A stretch of DNA of 64,000 nt. Origin: Eledone cirrhosa. Taxonomy: Eukaryota. Made by a program: the position numbers and the translations under genes. Position 1 is the first letter of the stretch. Each line of letters begins with the position of its first letter. A model generated the notes under the pieces. That model saw nothing but the letters and a program-made list of their open reading frames with translations, was not told the DNA's origin and did no database searches. Below, piece by piece: positions 37,338 through 50,803 of this stretch. The stretch is taken from contig CAXHJY010000210.1 in assembly GCA_964016885.1 (NCBI GenBank), positions 124,001-188,000 on the forward strand, in the 5' to 3' direction.

Positions 37338-40300
37338 TAAGTCATATTGAAATTTGGTACCTAACACAATTTTGGTGTGTAGAATTCGAAAGTGTTATGA
37401 AAAATATCATAGGAATAACCATTTTTTAGTTATTTTGAAATAATTAATAAGACAAGAAATTTGAAATCTTGAGAACTGACCGACTGATTTTGAAAATTAC
37501 TCTTGATCCTCTAGTTCAATTGGGGTCAGTTGTATACTGAATAAAACGTATTTAGTTGTACTTTATTCCCTGCAAAAATTGTCTTGGGCTCTCTTAAGCT
37601 TCATTATATATTAGGTGTTAACCATTAAATAGTGATTGTAAATAAAAATGAAATGTGTAAATCCGACTTTAATATATCATTAACCTATTCTTGTTTAATG
37701 CATCATTTCACCATCAAAATGTCCAATTATATCAAAATTACATTAGTTTTATGTTTAAATAGTCTAAATAACCTATTGCTTCAAGGTAAGATTATCTTGT
37801 GTTCAATATTGATACTTCAAATACAGTAATAATTTTTTTCTACCTTTGGCACAAGGCCAGCAATTATCCCAGTGCATTACTGGTACTTTATTTTATCGAC
37901 CCCGTGAGGATGAAAGGCAAAGTTAACCATGGCAGGATTTGAACTCAGACCGTATACAAATACAGTAATAATGACACTAAAAAAACGAAGGTGAATGGCT
38001 TAGTGGTTAGATCATTGGGCTTGCAATTGTGGGGTTGTGAGTTCGATTCTCAAACCGGTTGATGCGTGGTGTCCTTGAGCAAGACACTTTATTTTCACAT
38101 TGGACAACATCAGTGGCATGGAGATGGGGAGACTGGTATACATGGGTGACTGCTGGTCTTCCACAAACAACCTTACCTGGACTTGTGTTACAGAGGGGAA
38201 CTTTCTAGGCACAAAACCCATGGTCATACATGTCCGAAGGGGTCTTTACTCTACCCTATAACATATAAGTAAATATATACAGAAAAACAAAACATTAAGA
38301 CATAAATCTCTTCAAGATGGTGCAGAAAATAATTTCAAAGATAAGAATAATTGTATATACAGTTTGATTATTGACTAATACTGTCAATCTCTGGGAGGGC
38401 TCTGTAGAAACAGTAGACAGCTTCTGCTACCTAGGTGACCGAATTAGCAGCAGATGTGGGTGTTCAGAAAGTACAATAACTAGGGTAAGAACGGGATGGA
38501 AGAAGTTCAGGGAACTACTGCCACTGCTAGCTGCAAAAGGCTTTTCCCTCAACATGAAAGGCAGACTGTATGATGCGTGTATACGAACAGCAATGTTACA
38601 TGGTAGTGAGACCTGGGCGCTGAAGGTGGAAGACTTGCGTAGATTAAAAAGAAATGAAGCCTGCATGCTCCGATGGATGTGTAATAGTAATATACGTGAA
38701 CGACAAAGCATAAATTAATTGAGAGAGAGACTGAACATAAGAGGAATCAAATGCTGTGTGCAGGAGAGGCGGTTGCGTTGGTATGGACATGTGATGCGTA
38801 TGAAGGATGACAGCTGCATAAAAAAGTGCAGAGCACTAGAAGTCGATGGAAACCGCGGAGTGGGGAGACCCAAGAAGACCTGGGATGAGGTGATAAAAGC
38901 CGACCTTACCCAATTACACCTCTCAAAGGCGATGAGACACGACCGTGACCTCTGGCGTCACGCAGTAATACAGAGTACAAGCTGAAGCATATAGACAATA
39001 TGCCCCCACACCCTCCCGCTGCTATTTATGTTTTGTCGGCAAAATTGGAACATTTTTAATGTTGAAAGGATTTGATCACTTGATACACATTGTAAACTAG
39101 CTTTCACTGTTGTTCATTTGGTAGTACCGTCATACACGGACTTTCTGTGACTTGTAACAAAATATTCCAAATGCATTTGATTTGAAAATCTTCAAAGTGG
39201 TGACATAAATGAAGAAAATGTTTACTGAGCAGTAGAACCATCAGAAAAGTAATGAATTTTGTTGATACAATCAGAAATATTCTCTTATAGGAAACAAATA
39301 AAATACACATCAGTCTCAAGTTCATCTGATAGTACACATAATGAATTGGATTTAAGTTTAATGCTGTGTTTGTAGTAAATAACAATGTATTGCAAATGCA
39401 ATGAAACCCTTTGATTTCATCTTGGGACAATAAAATTGTAATTTTCTGCAAAATCACCAAAAACAATATCTTCGTCAACACTTAAATCACTTTTCAAGAA
39501 TGATAAGTATTTAGCTTGAGCTATTGCAATGTAAGAAGAATGAGCTGCAATTTTTTATTTTTTATTTTTTTAATTTTATTTTTCCAAATATAATTAGTAG
39601 AGAAAAGCAATGAAGAATGACATGATGCTGAATGAAAACAAAAGCGATGAGCTGTAATTATGTCAAACTTTACACAGTAGTGCTGTATATATTCCAAAGT
39701 AGATAATGTTTGTGAAATCAAATCTACTCTATCAGTATTTATCTACTGCTTAAATATAATATTGTCTTCTTCTCCTTGACTTTCTTCAATCTTTCATTTA
39801 CAAGTTTATAGTCTTCATCATTATTATTATCATCTAGTCATATATATTAGGTCTGAACATAATAGAATCAAATTCCCATTGCCACTGCCGCCATCTCTCT
39901 TGCTCTCCCCATCTCTTACTATTATAAACAAATGGGGGCTCACACGCTGGCTGGCCCGCAGCCCCAGCGGACAGAATACAATTTCAAACATATCTCTATA
40001 ACTGCTATTCCAGCAAAAATAAAAGTACAAACACTGTTTTTACAGTCACAAACAATTATGTTTGGGCTGCAACATATGCTTCAAATTTTGGTGATGGATA
40101 CAAACACAGAGTGTATACCCGAGGCTCCTGTAATGAGTCACTACATTGGCCAGAGTGACTCAAATGTTGAAAAACCTATCTCTACAAGGGTTTTAATTGC
40201 ATAACTCAATCCTTTTCCAATAATAAGATCTGGCTTAGCTAATATTCCTCTTTGTTCTCTCAAAGCCATAACTTGTGTATGGAACCCCTGGATACACCAA

Positions 40301-41336
40301 CATTCCTTGCTGCATACATTAGTGACCATGATTTGGCGGGGTTAATGTCAATATTTGAAGCTTTAGATGGTGTGTTGAAGTCATGAGATTTCCCTTCGTT
40401 TCACAATGATCATCAGATCATCAGCTTTTGTTTGCAACTTACTGTTTACATTATTTTCTCTATTCTTTCATGATTGAAAATGTTCTGGATCTAGCTTCAG
40501 CATTGTAGCAATAGTTACTGCTTCTTCTACTTGTTCAATTTTTTATTTCCCGCAATTTCTAGTTTTAGCACAATAATTAGTTTCAGCTTATTAAACATTC
40601 TTAAATAATCATGCAATTCGGCTATAAAATGAACATAAAATGCAACTATTAGCAAAATAAAGCTGAATTCCAATAATTAAAAAAAACATCTAAATATCTC
40701 TTCTAAACCTATCTCAAGTTTGATTGAGATGATGAGATTACAAGTATATAAACATGATGCTCAATATAGAAATTCATGGGAAAGTAATACAAAACGTTTA
40801 TATACCATAACTTTTGAAGGACGTGGGAACCCAAGATAATTTTTGCATAATATAAGAATAACTAAGTATCTTCCATCTTATGTAAAAAAAAAAATTAAAT
40901 GCAAGTTGAGCACTTTGAAAAAAAGGCTCAATTCAAGTGACAAGGTTAGGTAAACTAAAAATCTGAAAGCTTCTATATTTATCTATGAAAAAAAACATGA
41001 TGCCTTGCTACTAGCACAATTTAGGGATTTTCTTTTTATTCTTCACCTGAAAATTAGGTCAGATAGCAATTTTGATGGTGATTGGACAAGTAGAAGTGAA
41101 ATTACCTTGAAATTTATAAATGCAAGACAATTCAAAATGGCTGCTTGGTGTGTCAAAGTGGGTATTCTATTCTTACGCATATTTCAAGAACCAATACCAT
41201 AAGAAACACTAATCATTTGGAACTAATATTTGACTAGGTTTGTCATTTTAGTAATCCCTAATATTGAGCAAAATTTAATTGATTTTTAATGGGTGGGGTC
41301 AGAGAAATGTTGCTCACTCTGATACTGAATTACTTA
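37338..41336 (-). mobile_element. Degenerate Sola2-like DNA transposon (transposase relic about 39040-40560) with nested SINEs and RTE fragment
   Basis: Minus strand across frameshifts: GDFAENYNFIV..QDEI.GFH, FSDGSTAQ, CHHFEDFQIKCIWN..VTSHRKS.YDG, GASGIHSVFVSITK; imperfect long inverted ends (gcaaaaattgtcttggg near 37572 versus cccaagataatttttgc near 40830). Boundaries approximate. Confidence 0.65.
38388..39018 (+). mobile_element. 5'-truncated copy of the RTE family at 5725-7075
   Basis: Near-identical to 6530-7070 and retains a segment deleted there. Confidence 0.9.
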
Positions 41337-41399
41337 TATACTTGGCATATCAATGAAGTCTTTAGAATAGTAGGTTGTGTGCTGTATGTATCAGTAAAT

Positions 41400-41819
41400 G
41401 TAGTTAATATTAGTTAGAATTTGAACTTTGTTGTACGCATGTGATATTCTGTATGAATGCTGTATTTTGTCACAGGCCTACACATAATTAATTTGCTGTT
41501 ATTCTTGTGAGTTTATAATACATGCTCAATCCACAAAAGAGTTTTTCCAGAGAAGAGTGGCAATGATCAAACAATCACCCTATAGTCCCGACTTAAATTT
41601 GTGTGATCGTTGGGTGTTCAAGTTATTTAAAGCAACATCTTTGAAAATTTGTTTTTGCTTCATTAGAAGAGGTGGTAGATGAATCGGTTCCAGAAAGAGT
41701 TAAATGCTTTTCATAAACACTGCAAAGATGTTTTGCAGAATAAATAAATTTTAGTTTCAATATGTTGTGCATTTTCCTTGAAAGGGTTATTCTAAAGACT
41801 TTAGTGTCACACTAAGTAT
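41400..41819 (+). mobile_element. Degenerate mariner-like transposase 3' fragment
   Basis: ccctatagtcccgacttaaatttgtgtgat encodes PYSPDLNLCD (mariner YSPDL motif). Confidence 0.6.
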
Positions 41820-41876
41820 ATATACACACTTGTTCTACCTAATTAAGGTAAAATGATTAACCATTTTAGAACCTGA

Positions 41877-42471
41877 TGTAGTGTTGAGGTGAATATCCCA
41901 TCGAAGCAAAGTGAAATTTGTTTTTGGTATCTTATTACATGTTGTTGAGTAATCAAAAACCACAGAGTCAGATATATAAGGTTGAACTATGCAGAAATGC
42001 CAACCTCTAAAAACCCAAAAGGGGAGTACAATGAAAAAAGTGCCCCAAAACGGGGAGAAATAAGGCAAAATGAAGAGATTTTTACATAATGAAAGCTATA
42101 CCCATTTTCACAAGCGAAGACATCTCTCACCCACCCCAAAGGCGGTGGGAGATCTCCCAACCGGACGGGGAGAGTTGTCAGGTCTGCAGATATATAATGT
42201 TGAAATATGAGAGAAATAAGACAAGGTTTAGTAGAAGTCAACCAATCCATTGTTTTATGATTGTTATAGAGTGCAGTTTATACATATTGAGTACAGGGAT
42301 CAATTCTTCTTCCTCTCTCTATCTCTTTCTCCTCTCCTCTTACCTTCAACGGAAGAAAATCAGTTGTGTTCTGGCTTGGAGAGAGGACGAGCTCAGTCAA
42401 GTTTAAGAAAATATGCCCTAGACGCTCTAGACACAACAAAGTTGTCCCCTACGACTTAATCATGAGTTACA
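41877..42471 (-). mobile_element. Possible solo LTR
   Basis: Minus strand begins TGTAAC and ends CTACA; internal G|GTAAG; no target-site duplication found. Confidence 0.35.
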
Positions 42472-43034
42472 GGTCCACACACACGTGCGCATGTTCGTGT
42501 ATGGTCGTTCAAACCTGCATTACGTTTGTGTCTGTATTCGGTAACTTATCAGTTCGACAAAAAGAGATTGATAAAATATGTAACTCGAAAAATGAGTACT
42601 AGGGTCGATATGATCGACTAAATCCTTTTAAGGTTAACACCAGTATGGCCGCAACCAAATGACTGAAGCCGGTAAAAGAATACTTTACAATTTCTGTATG
42701 CGCGAAATTCCGTAACCAGAGTTAACATAACGCTGTTAATGCCTGTATGTTTGAATTTGCGATCCCGATCAAAAAGTGGTTGATGTATACATTTCACACA
42801 CACAAACACATACATACACACACACACAATATTACTGACACAAATGCACACACACACACACAATATTACTGTGATTACTCTGTAGTGTTATTTGCAGATC
42901 ACTCAAACTTGTTCAAGTGAATAACCCCGAAACTAAGATTATCTTTATATGCGTGTGTGCGTGTTTACACACACACGTCTGTCTGTCTGTCTGTCTACCT
43001 ATGTATGTGTGTATATATATATATTTACATGTTG

Positions 43035-44090
43035 TTCGCTCTTTCTCTTAATTTTGAGCAAGGCAAGGTTATAAAGAATACGCCCTTTGAGCAATCGTTC
43101 ATCCTTTGAATCATAAGAATGTTTTACATATTTCGAAAATTCTAGATTTTGTGACCATTTGTAGCTTATGAATTAAGGAGCTATATACTGTCTCCAGAAG
43201 CCCAAGATCAGCCATACTTTCGTCCGGGTTGGTATAAAACCTGAAACTTAATAAGTATGAAGTTGAATGTGTATCTTGTGTATTGGATATGTAAACACCA
43301 CGTCAATGATCCGTAGATATCCTCCTTCTTATGCATATTTCTTACCATATTGATATCAAGTGGACAGTTGACTTCTACAACAGCGCATGTTATTAATGTG
43401 TGGTCCCAAACTACAATATCAAGCTGGTTGTGCTTTAATTTGCTGGTAGTTTTTATTTTTAGGTTCCACCAATATTACTTTGAGCCATCACTCACAATAT
43501 ATTCCTCCCTATTTGTTTTTATTTTTGTCTTCTGTAATACATAGAGTTAGCTCCCTGTATAATCTGAGTTCAAATCCCGCCGAGGTTGACTTTATCTTTC
43601 ATCCTTACGGGGTGGATAAAATAAAGTACCAGTAATACACTGGGTAATTGCTGGCCTTGTGCCTAAAGTAGAAACAATTATTATCTTCTGTAATACATTC
43701 CAGATCATTATAGCTATCATATCATGCCTTATGGGAAGGTAGTAATAAGAAGACATTCTTTCACAGTTGGCAATAATGTGGCTGATATCTTCGGTCTTTG
43801 TTTTGCTCAGCCTACATTTATTGTTAACTGATGACTTTCCTCTTTTGTTCTGTGGGTTTTTCTTGTTTCTGGATTGCATGGAGATATCCTTGAAGGTGGG
43901 GTGCTATGAACTTGTCGGGACTTCATGTCAAGCTTTTTGTATGTTTTATCCCTTCTAAGGTCTGTTTTTCGTCTCAAGTACCCATGTTCAGCCTTCTCTG
44001 CATCTTCTCCCCCCACTGTATCAGTTGACAGAAACAGTATGATAGTGAGTGAAATTATATTTGTCATTGATTGTTTAAATTTGTATGAGA
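43035..44090 (-). mobile_element. Degenerate R4/Dong-like retroposon 3' part, with SINE at 43563-43682
   Basis: NKCRLSKTKTEDISHIIANCERMSSYYYLPIRHD, paralogous to 49310-49430. Confidence 0.75.
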
Positions 44091-44784
44091 AAATGTTTTG
44101 CTGCAAATATACAGTTGTCGCTCGGTATTCACAGAGGCTACGTCCGTAAAGCACGCGGATATTGGACGTGGTTCATAAAATGGCTATAAACGTCAAAACT
44201 TAATGTAAAATATGAGCAGGCAAATACGGTATATTGTTAATAATTTAGCGTTAAAAATATATATTGCCACAAAAAAAGCCATAAAAATATCAAAAACACA
44301 CGGAAGATATTTACGATTTCATGAATATGCGCTGGTTTTCACGAAGGAAAATTCCGCGAATAACCGGGGGTACTGTATACAGTGTGTGAATGCGTATTAT
44401 AAAATAAAACAGTTACTTTTGTTCGGCAGTCCAATGAATTTTACAGGTTACTTTTCATTTCATACGAGCAATATAAACATTTGTGTACAATTCTTAACCC
44501 TTTTAATACCAAACTACATGACCCCCCCCCCCCCCCGGTTTTGTGTTTATATTTATCTAAAACCCTTCCAGTATAATATTATGTAAGAACCTTTATGTTA
44601 TGATCCAAATACCAAACTTAATAATTAGACAGTTAATTATTTTACTAAACTCCCCCAAATTTTTTATTATTTTTTAAATCATTTGAAAACCTTAGGCAAT
44701 GTATTTCATTAGAAATATGGTAACGAAAGGTTAATATCAACAGAAATATGGGGAAAAAAGTAAACTATGGTGGTAATCACAATA

Positions 44785-44879
<95 letters not shown>

Positions 44880-45339
44880 TTTCAAGTAATAAAATGTTTT
44901 TATACGTGTCTTGTACACAACAACAATCCAGTTAGCGATCGCTTAAATAAACATCGCATATATTTCCGTCACTAATTTTCTCCTAATGCAGTTTATATAT
45001 AATATTGTCTTTTTTTTAATGTATCATGGATTACGTTACTGATGACAGAAGAGATGTAACACAGTCTTCGTTCAATTTCTGTTTATATTGTCAATTACGA
45101 TTTTATTTGATGTATCATATCTACATCAGTGGCGAAGGGTAACCTGGAAAGCAGGGCATGCAGTCCAATCGCCTCTAAATGACCCTCCCGGTCAAAGCCG
45201 CATGTAGTGTTATCTAGTGTGTGTGTGTGTGTGTGTTATCTTTTTATGTGTCTACGGTTTAGCAAGCAGCCAAAATTCTGCTTGCTTCAACCGACGCTGT
45301 CGTGTCTTTGTGTGTATGCGTGTGTTATCTTTTTATGTG

Positions 45340-45937
45340 TTACCTTTTTTTAGGTATCGAAAAATAAGATTTTTGGCTCTAGCTCCCGCATTTTGCCACC
45401 GATTTCGTTCAAATTTTAAAGCAAAATAGAATTTATCATTGCACATCCTGTAATGGCTTTATATTTTGCATTTGTTGTTAGGGACGGCGTGGCAGCCGCT
45501 TAAATATTCAAAAATACCACTTTTAGACTCAAATTTCCACTTTTTCGGCTCTAGCTCCCACATTAATCAACCTACTTTGTTCAAATTTTACACTACGCTA
45601 GATCTGATTATTTCACGTCTTAAAGTGGCTTTAGATTTTGGATTTTTTTTGTTCAGGAACTGCGTGGCAGCCGCTTAAATATTCGAAAATACCACCTTTT
45701 CGGCTCTAGTTCCCACATTTTTCAACCGATTTCGTTCAAATTCGAAACTCCCTCCCCAAGCATGCCCCTTCGTCAGTCACCCGCGTTTCTCAGTGATAGA
45801 GGTTATCACCACCCTCCCCCGCATGGCCTGTGTGTGGCCATAGATGAGTCATCGAGAAGCAGTCGTTAAGATCAACACCTTTTCACCAAAGCAGATATTA
45901 TTTTACCTACCCAGGCAACGCTGGGTACTGCTGCTAG
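45340..45937 (+). mobile_element. Non-autonomous Helitron, 3' portion
   Basis: CCCAG-gcaacg-CTGGG hairpin then CTAG|T; near-identical inverted copy at 54453-55035. Confidence 0.8.
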
Positions 45938-46689
45938 TAATAATAATAAATCAGAGATTCATCGAAATTTTAATCTGTTTTCTGTGCCCTATTTTCTAGT
46001 TTATTATAACTAATTCATTTATTTATTTATTATTCCTGTCTGAAAGAGCAGACAGTTTTCCTGTCTGGTGGCTATGGTATGGTGGACGAAACTGGAAGGA
46101 CTGAAGACCAATAGTTTCCTCTTCAGCCAAGCCCTCATCGGCTTTTTTAAGTTCCACATGAAAAGGAAATTGCTGCCATTCATCCTGTATCAGGGCCTAT
46201 GAGAGGTGGTGTCTAGCCGGTACTTTGTTCCAGGATCCAAGAGCTAAGAAGGCCCCACGGAAACCATGCAACATCCATTTTGAGAAAAATATTTGCCTGT
46301 TTCGGGCGCCAAGGAGGTCTTGTACCGCCTTGCAAAATTTCTCTTGGAGCCCCTGTCCAGTACATTTATTAAAAGTTGGACGAATCTAGCAAGAATGTCG
46401 TGAGTGAATTGGACCTTCACTACCCATGCGTTTGTTGACTGGAGAGAACAAAAGGAAGAGGGGGCCCTTTTCCTATGTGATCCTTTCCTTGGAGATTGAG
46501 GTGATCTCGTATCTGTGGTGTTCCTTAATTACTCTTGGGTAGTGCTCTCCTCTATTGGGAAATCAGCTACAATCAATTTGTTGTTTGTTACTTGTTTTCT
46601 TTCTCTCTCTCTACACGTTTATATGTAAATCCCCACTATCCCTCCCTGTTTATTGTATTCGGCCCTAGTGACTAATACTCATATAGATG

Positions 46690-46990
46690 CAGAGGCGTAA
46701 CTAGGGGCTGGCAAGCATGGTTTGTGCCATATTGACCACGTGAAGAGGACATCACTTGGACAAGGAGCACGTTCTATTTAAGTCTCGTCGGAGAGTGAAA
46801 AAAAACAAAAAACAAGAAACTCCTTCAGATGTACAAATCTGTCTCTGATTATCATGGGTGAGAACACTATGGTGGCTGGATCTTTAAACCATTTATATGA
46901 ATTATTAGGCCCATAGGTAAAAATACAGTGCTGGGCAGGGGCGCAATACCACTGTTTACCATAGGTGTTATTTTCCCTAGTTATCGCTCT
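46690..46990. mobile_element. hAT-like MITE
   Basis: cagaggcgtaactaggg ... ccctagttatcgctctg imperfect TIRs. Confidence 0.5.
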
Positions 46991-47479
46991 GTGCCAATTT
47001 CAGAAATCCTTATTGATAATTAGTAAAAGCTCATTCTTTATATTCTTTTACTGGTTCCAGTCATTGGACTGCGGTCATGCTATGGCATATGCTTCCATTG
47101 TCTTTATAATCGATCATATATCGACCCCCAGTACTTAATTAAGTGTGGTGTAAATTTGACATAAAAAATACAGCGCCAGTTTACACCAATAAACATAAAT
47201 GCACACACACACAAACGGCAGGCTTCTGCAGGTTCCCTCCAGCCAAATCAAATCCACTCACAAAGTATTTATTGGTTCTCGAGATTATGAGAGATATTTT
47301 CTCAAACAGACAGGTTTTTATTCATTATAAGCACTGTTTGGTCTTTTAAGTCATTTTAGATTGCGCGCGCGCGCGCGCGTGTGTGCGCGCGCGCGCGCGC
47401 ATGCAAAAGGTAAACAGAAATAACATAGCAAACGACACAGTACAATTAAGAAATATATTAGTTTTACGCTTGACATAGT

Positions 47480-47516
47480 AGAAAAACATTTTGGATGCTA
47501 GTCCTTCATCAGAAAA
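47480..47516 (-). ncRNA. Decayed copy of the 36773 hammerhead
   Basis: Minus strand CTGATGAAGGACTAGCATCCAAAATGTT versus CTGATGAAGGACTAGCGTCCGAAACGTT; downstream flank also homologous. Confidence 0.7.
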
Positions 47517-47727
47517 TAGAATGAGAAATTAAATAAGAAATAGGAAGAGAGAGGAGAATGAGCAGTGGCAGAAATGAAAAAAAATGTCTTTGATAAAAAG
47601 CAACTCTATGCAGGTCGGTATAATAAAAAAAATGACAAACAAAAACAATTAATATCGTCCAAGTACAATAATAGAGTGTGTGTGTTGTTTTTAATTTTTT
47701 TTGTATCAGCGTATATTTTGGTGGAAT

Positions 47728-47844
<117 letters not shown>

Positions 47845-48285
47845 GTCCCCCGGTATTCACGGGGTTTACGTTCCTAGAGCACCCGGGAAGAGAGAAAAAC
47901 TGCGAATATTGGATGTGGTCCATAAAAATGTTTATAAACGTCAAAATATAATGTAAAATATAATGTAAAATGAGGGAACGTCTTATGCGAAGGGGCGTCT
48001 AATAGGTTGGCAAATACAGTATATTGTTATTAATAATAATATAGTGTTAACTTTGCCTTTCATCCTTACGGGGTCGATAAAATAAAGTACCAGTAATGCA
48101 CTGGGATAATTGGGGGCCTTGTGCCAAAAGTAGAAACAAGTATTATTAATAATATATATTGCCACGAAAAAAATCGCAGAAGGTATTTACGATTCTGCGA
48201 AGATGCGGTGGTTTCCACGAACAATTATTAGTTAGGTTCTAAGGAAACCCCCCGCGAATAACCAGAACCGCGAATGCCGGGAGTA

Positions 48286-48353
<68 letters not shown>

Positions 48354-48392
48354 CTGTGTGTGTGTCTGTGTGTGTGTGCGTGCATACATACA

Positions 48393-50172
48393 TCTGAAAC
48401 TCTATGCCAAGAACATGGATGGGATGAAAAAAAATCTTGACCTAGTTAGAACGTTCTCAAAGGATATAGGAATGGAGTTTGGCCAAGATAAATGCTCATA
48501 CATGACTGTAAAGCGGGGAAAAACAACAACCCAATCTAGTAACATTGTCATCAATGGCCTAACTGTTTCACCGATATCTGATGAGGACTGCTACAGATAC
48601 CTGGGGATAGATGAGAATATATCCTATAATGGTATCTGTAATAAGGAACGCTACACCCCGATTAAGAAAGATTTGGTCATCGGAACTCTCTGCGCAAAAC
48701 AAAACAGTGGCTCACAATGTGTTTGCTGTGCCTGTCCTAACACCAACATTTGGAATACTCAATTGGACAATAGACGAAATCCGAGCAATTGATTTTAGAA
48801 CTCGCAAAATACTAAACAACACCGGAAACTTCCACATCAACAGTGACATAGACCGCCTTTACTTGAAACGTAAGCAGGGAGGCAGAGGCTTAACATCAAT
48901 CCAGACAACATTTGAATGTCGCATCATATCTCTCCGACAACATCTACGAACCTCGAAGCGTAGGAGTCCGTTTCTCGAGCAAGTCTATCTGCATGAAACA
49001 GATAAGATCATGAGAGTAGGAAAGGAACTCCTCGAAATATATTCCCTGGGTGATAATCAAAAACTCACACCCAGGGAAGTCGTTCAGCAGTATCGCAGTG
49101 AATCCATGGATGAAAAACTGCATGTTTATCAGCCAGGAAGCTCCAGAGTGAGAGTAATATAGATAAAGAAATAGTCTATCTTGGACCAACAACCGCTTTA
49201 TTGGCTCCCACTTTGAAGGATACGCTTTTGCAATCCAAGAACAGGAAATCAACACGAAATACCTGATTCACAAAAGAGATAGGGATGCAGGCAAAACACC
49301 TAGATGTGATAACAAGTGCAGACTCTGCAGAACTAACATCGAGGATATCACCCATGTCATCAGCAGCTGCCCAAAGATGTCACCGCGGTACTATCTACCT
49401 ATGAGGTTGTTGGTCCTATGAGGCATGATGTGGTGGCCAAAACACTGTACAATGCAATCCGTAAAAAAGATAGCCCCGATAATAAACACATTAAAAGCTA
49501 CAGCAATGCGGAAGACATACATATACATAATATGAAAGAGTACTGGTGGAATGTTCCAGTAAAAACCCCAATAAAATGCAGACATAACAGACCAGATATT
49601 ATGATATGGGACAGGGAAAAGAAGGCATGCACAGTAGTGGAAGTTAGCTGTCCAGCAGATGCCAATATAATATCAAAGATTAGTGAAAAGGAGAATATTT
49701 ATGCAGAACTGATGAGAAATCTGCAGATACTCCACCCTGATTACACCTTCAGATTTATGCCTGTGATTATTGGGGCACTGGGGTATGTTAGTAACTGCCT
49801 CAATACAAATCTTGAGAAGCTAGGCTTCACAGGAATAGAAAGAACACAACTAGTTAGGAAATTACAAGTACAATCCATTAATGGAACAGTAAAAATATGT
49901 AAAACATTCCAAAAATGTTGCATCTAATAACTACATATACACATGTACAGATACAAAGCATATACACATGCACACATACAACTCAAAATATACACATCCA
50001 CACATACAATAACATCCATACCTGCACATGTCTGCATGCATTCAGACATGCAGACATACATACATATCTACCTAGTTGATGTTGTGTAAATTCCAATGAG
50101 AGAGTCTTGTGTCTATGTTAGAAACCGATTCTCTCTCTATTGATAAAACTTTGTGAAATTACAAAACCAGAA
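48393..50172 (+). mobile_element. 5'-truncated R4/Dong-like non-LTR retrotransposon (RT end, CCHC knuckle, restriction-like endonuclease)
   Basis: DIGMEFGQDKC, YRYLGI, RLYLKRKQGGRGL, CRLCRTNIEDITHVISSC, RHDVV, RPDIMIWD..VVEVSCPAD..EKENIY; flanked by (TG)n and (CA)n; frameshifts and a stop. Confidence 0.88.
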
Positions 50173-50190
50173 GAACACACACATACGCGC

Positions 50191-50228
<38 letters not shown>

Positions 50229-50803
50229 ACATTGTATATATGTACGTGTGTGTGTGAGTCTATCTCGATCTTCAGTTTAGATATTCTAACATTTACATTT
50301 GTGCATATCGAAGGCTGAGTTATAGCTGAACATTTTTATTTCCAATGTGTTTAATCGACTCAAACATTCCCACAAACATCTAATTTGTTATTGTAGTTCG
50401 TAGCAGTAATCATAAGCACAATCATTATTAGGCTGGTCGGTTGATTGGCAGTATCGGTAGAGGGTCGGACGCCATGCTTTGAAGCATAGAGTTACGGCTC
50501 TTGCCATTCTGAGTTCAAATCCTGTCGAGGTTAACTTTGCCTTTCATCCTTACGGGGTCGATAAAATAAAGTACCAGTAATTGCTGGCCTTGTGCCAAAG
50601 TAGAAACAATTATTAACCTGCCAGCATGTGTAGTGTGTATATTGATATTATACGCAAGTATATATACATGTAGATATGATACATCAAATAAGATCGTAAT
50701 TGGCAATATACACAGAAATTGAAGATAGACTGTGTTACACTGTCTTATGTAATCAGTAACGTAATCCATGATACATTAAAAAAAGACGATATTATATATA
50801 AAC

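Noticed and set aside
45038-45085. CTGATGA followed by a hairpin
   Set aside because: No GAAA box or helix III; the paralogue near 50715-50760 lacks the CTGATGA.
46030-46680. Moderately GC-rich unique-looking segment
   Set aside because: No ORF or motif I could assign; probably an old transposon fragment.
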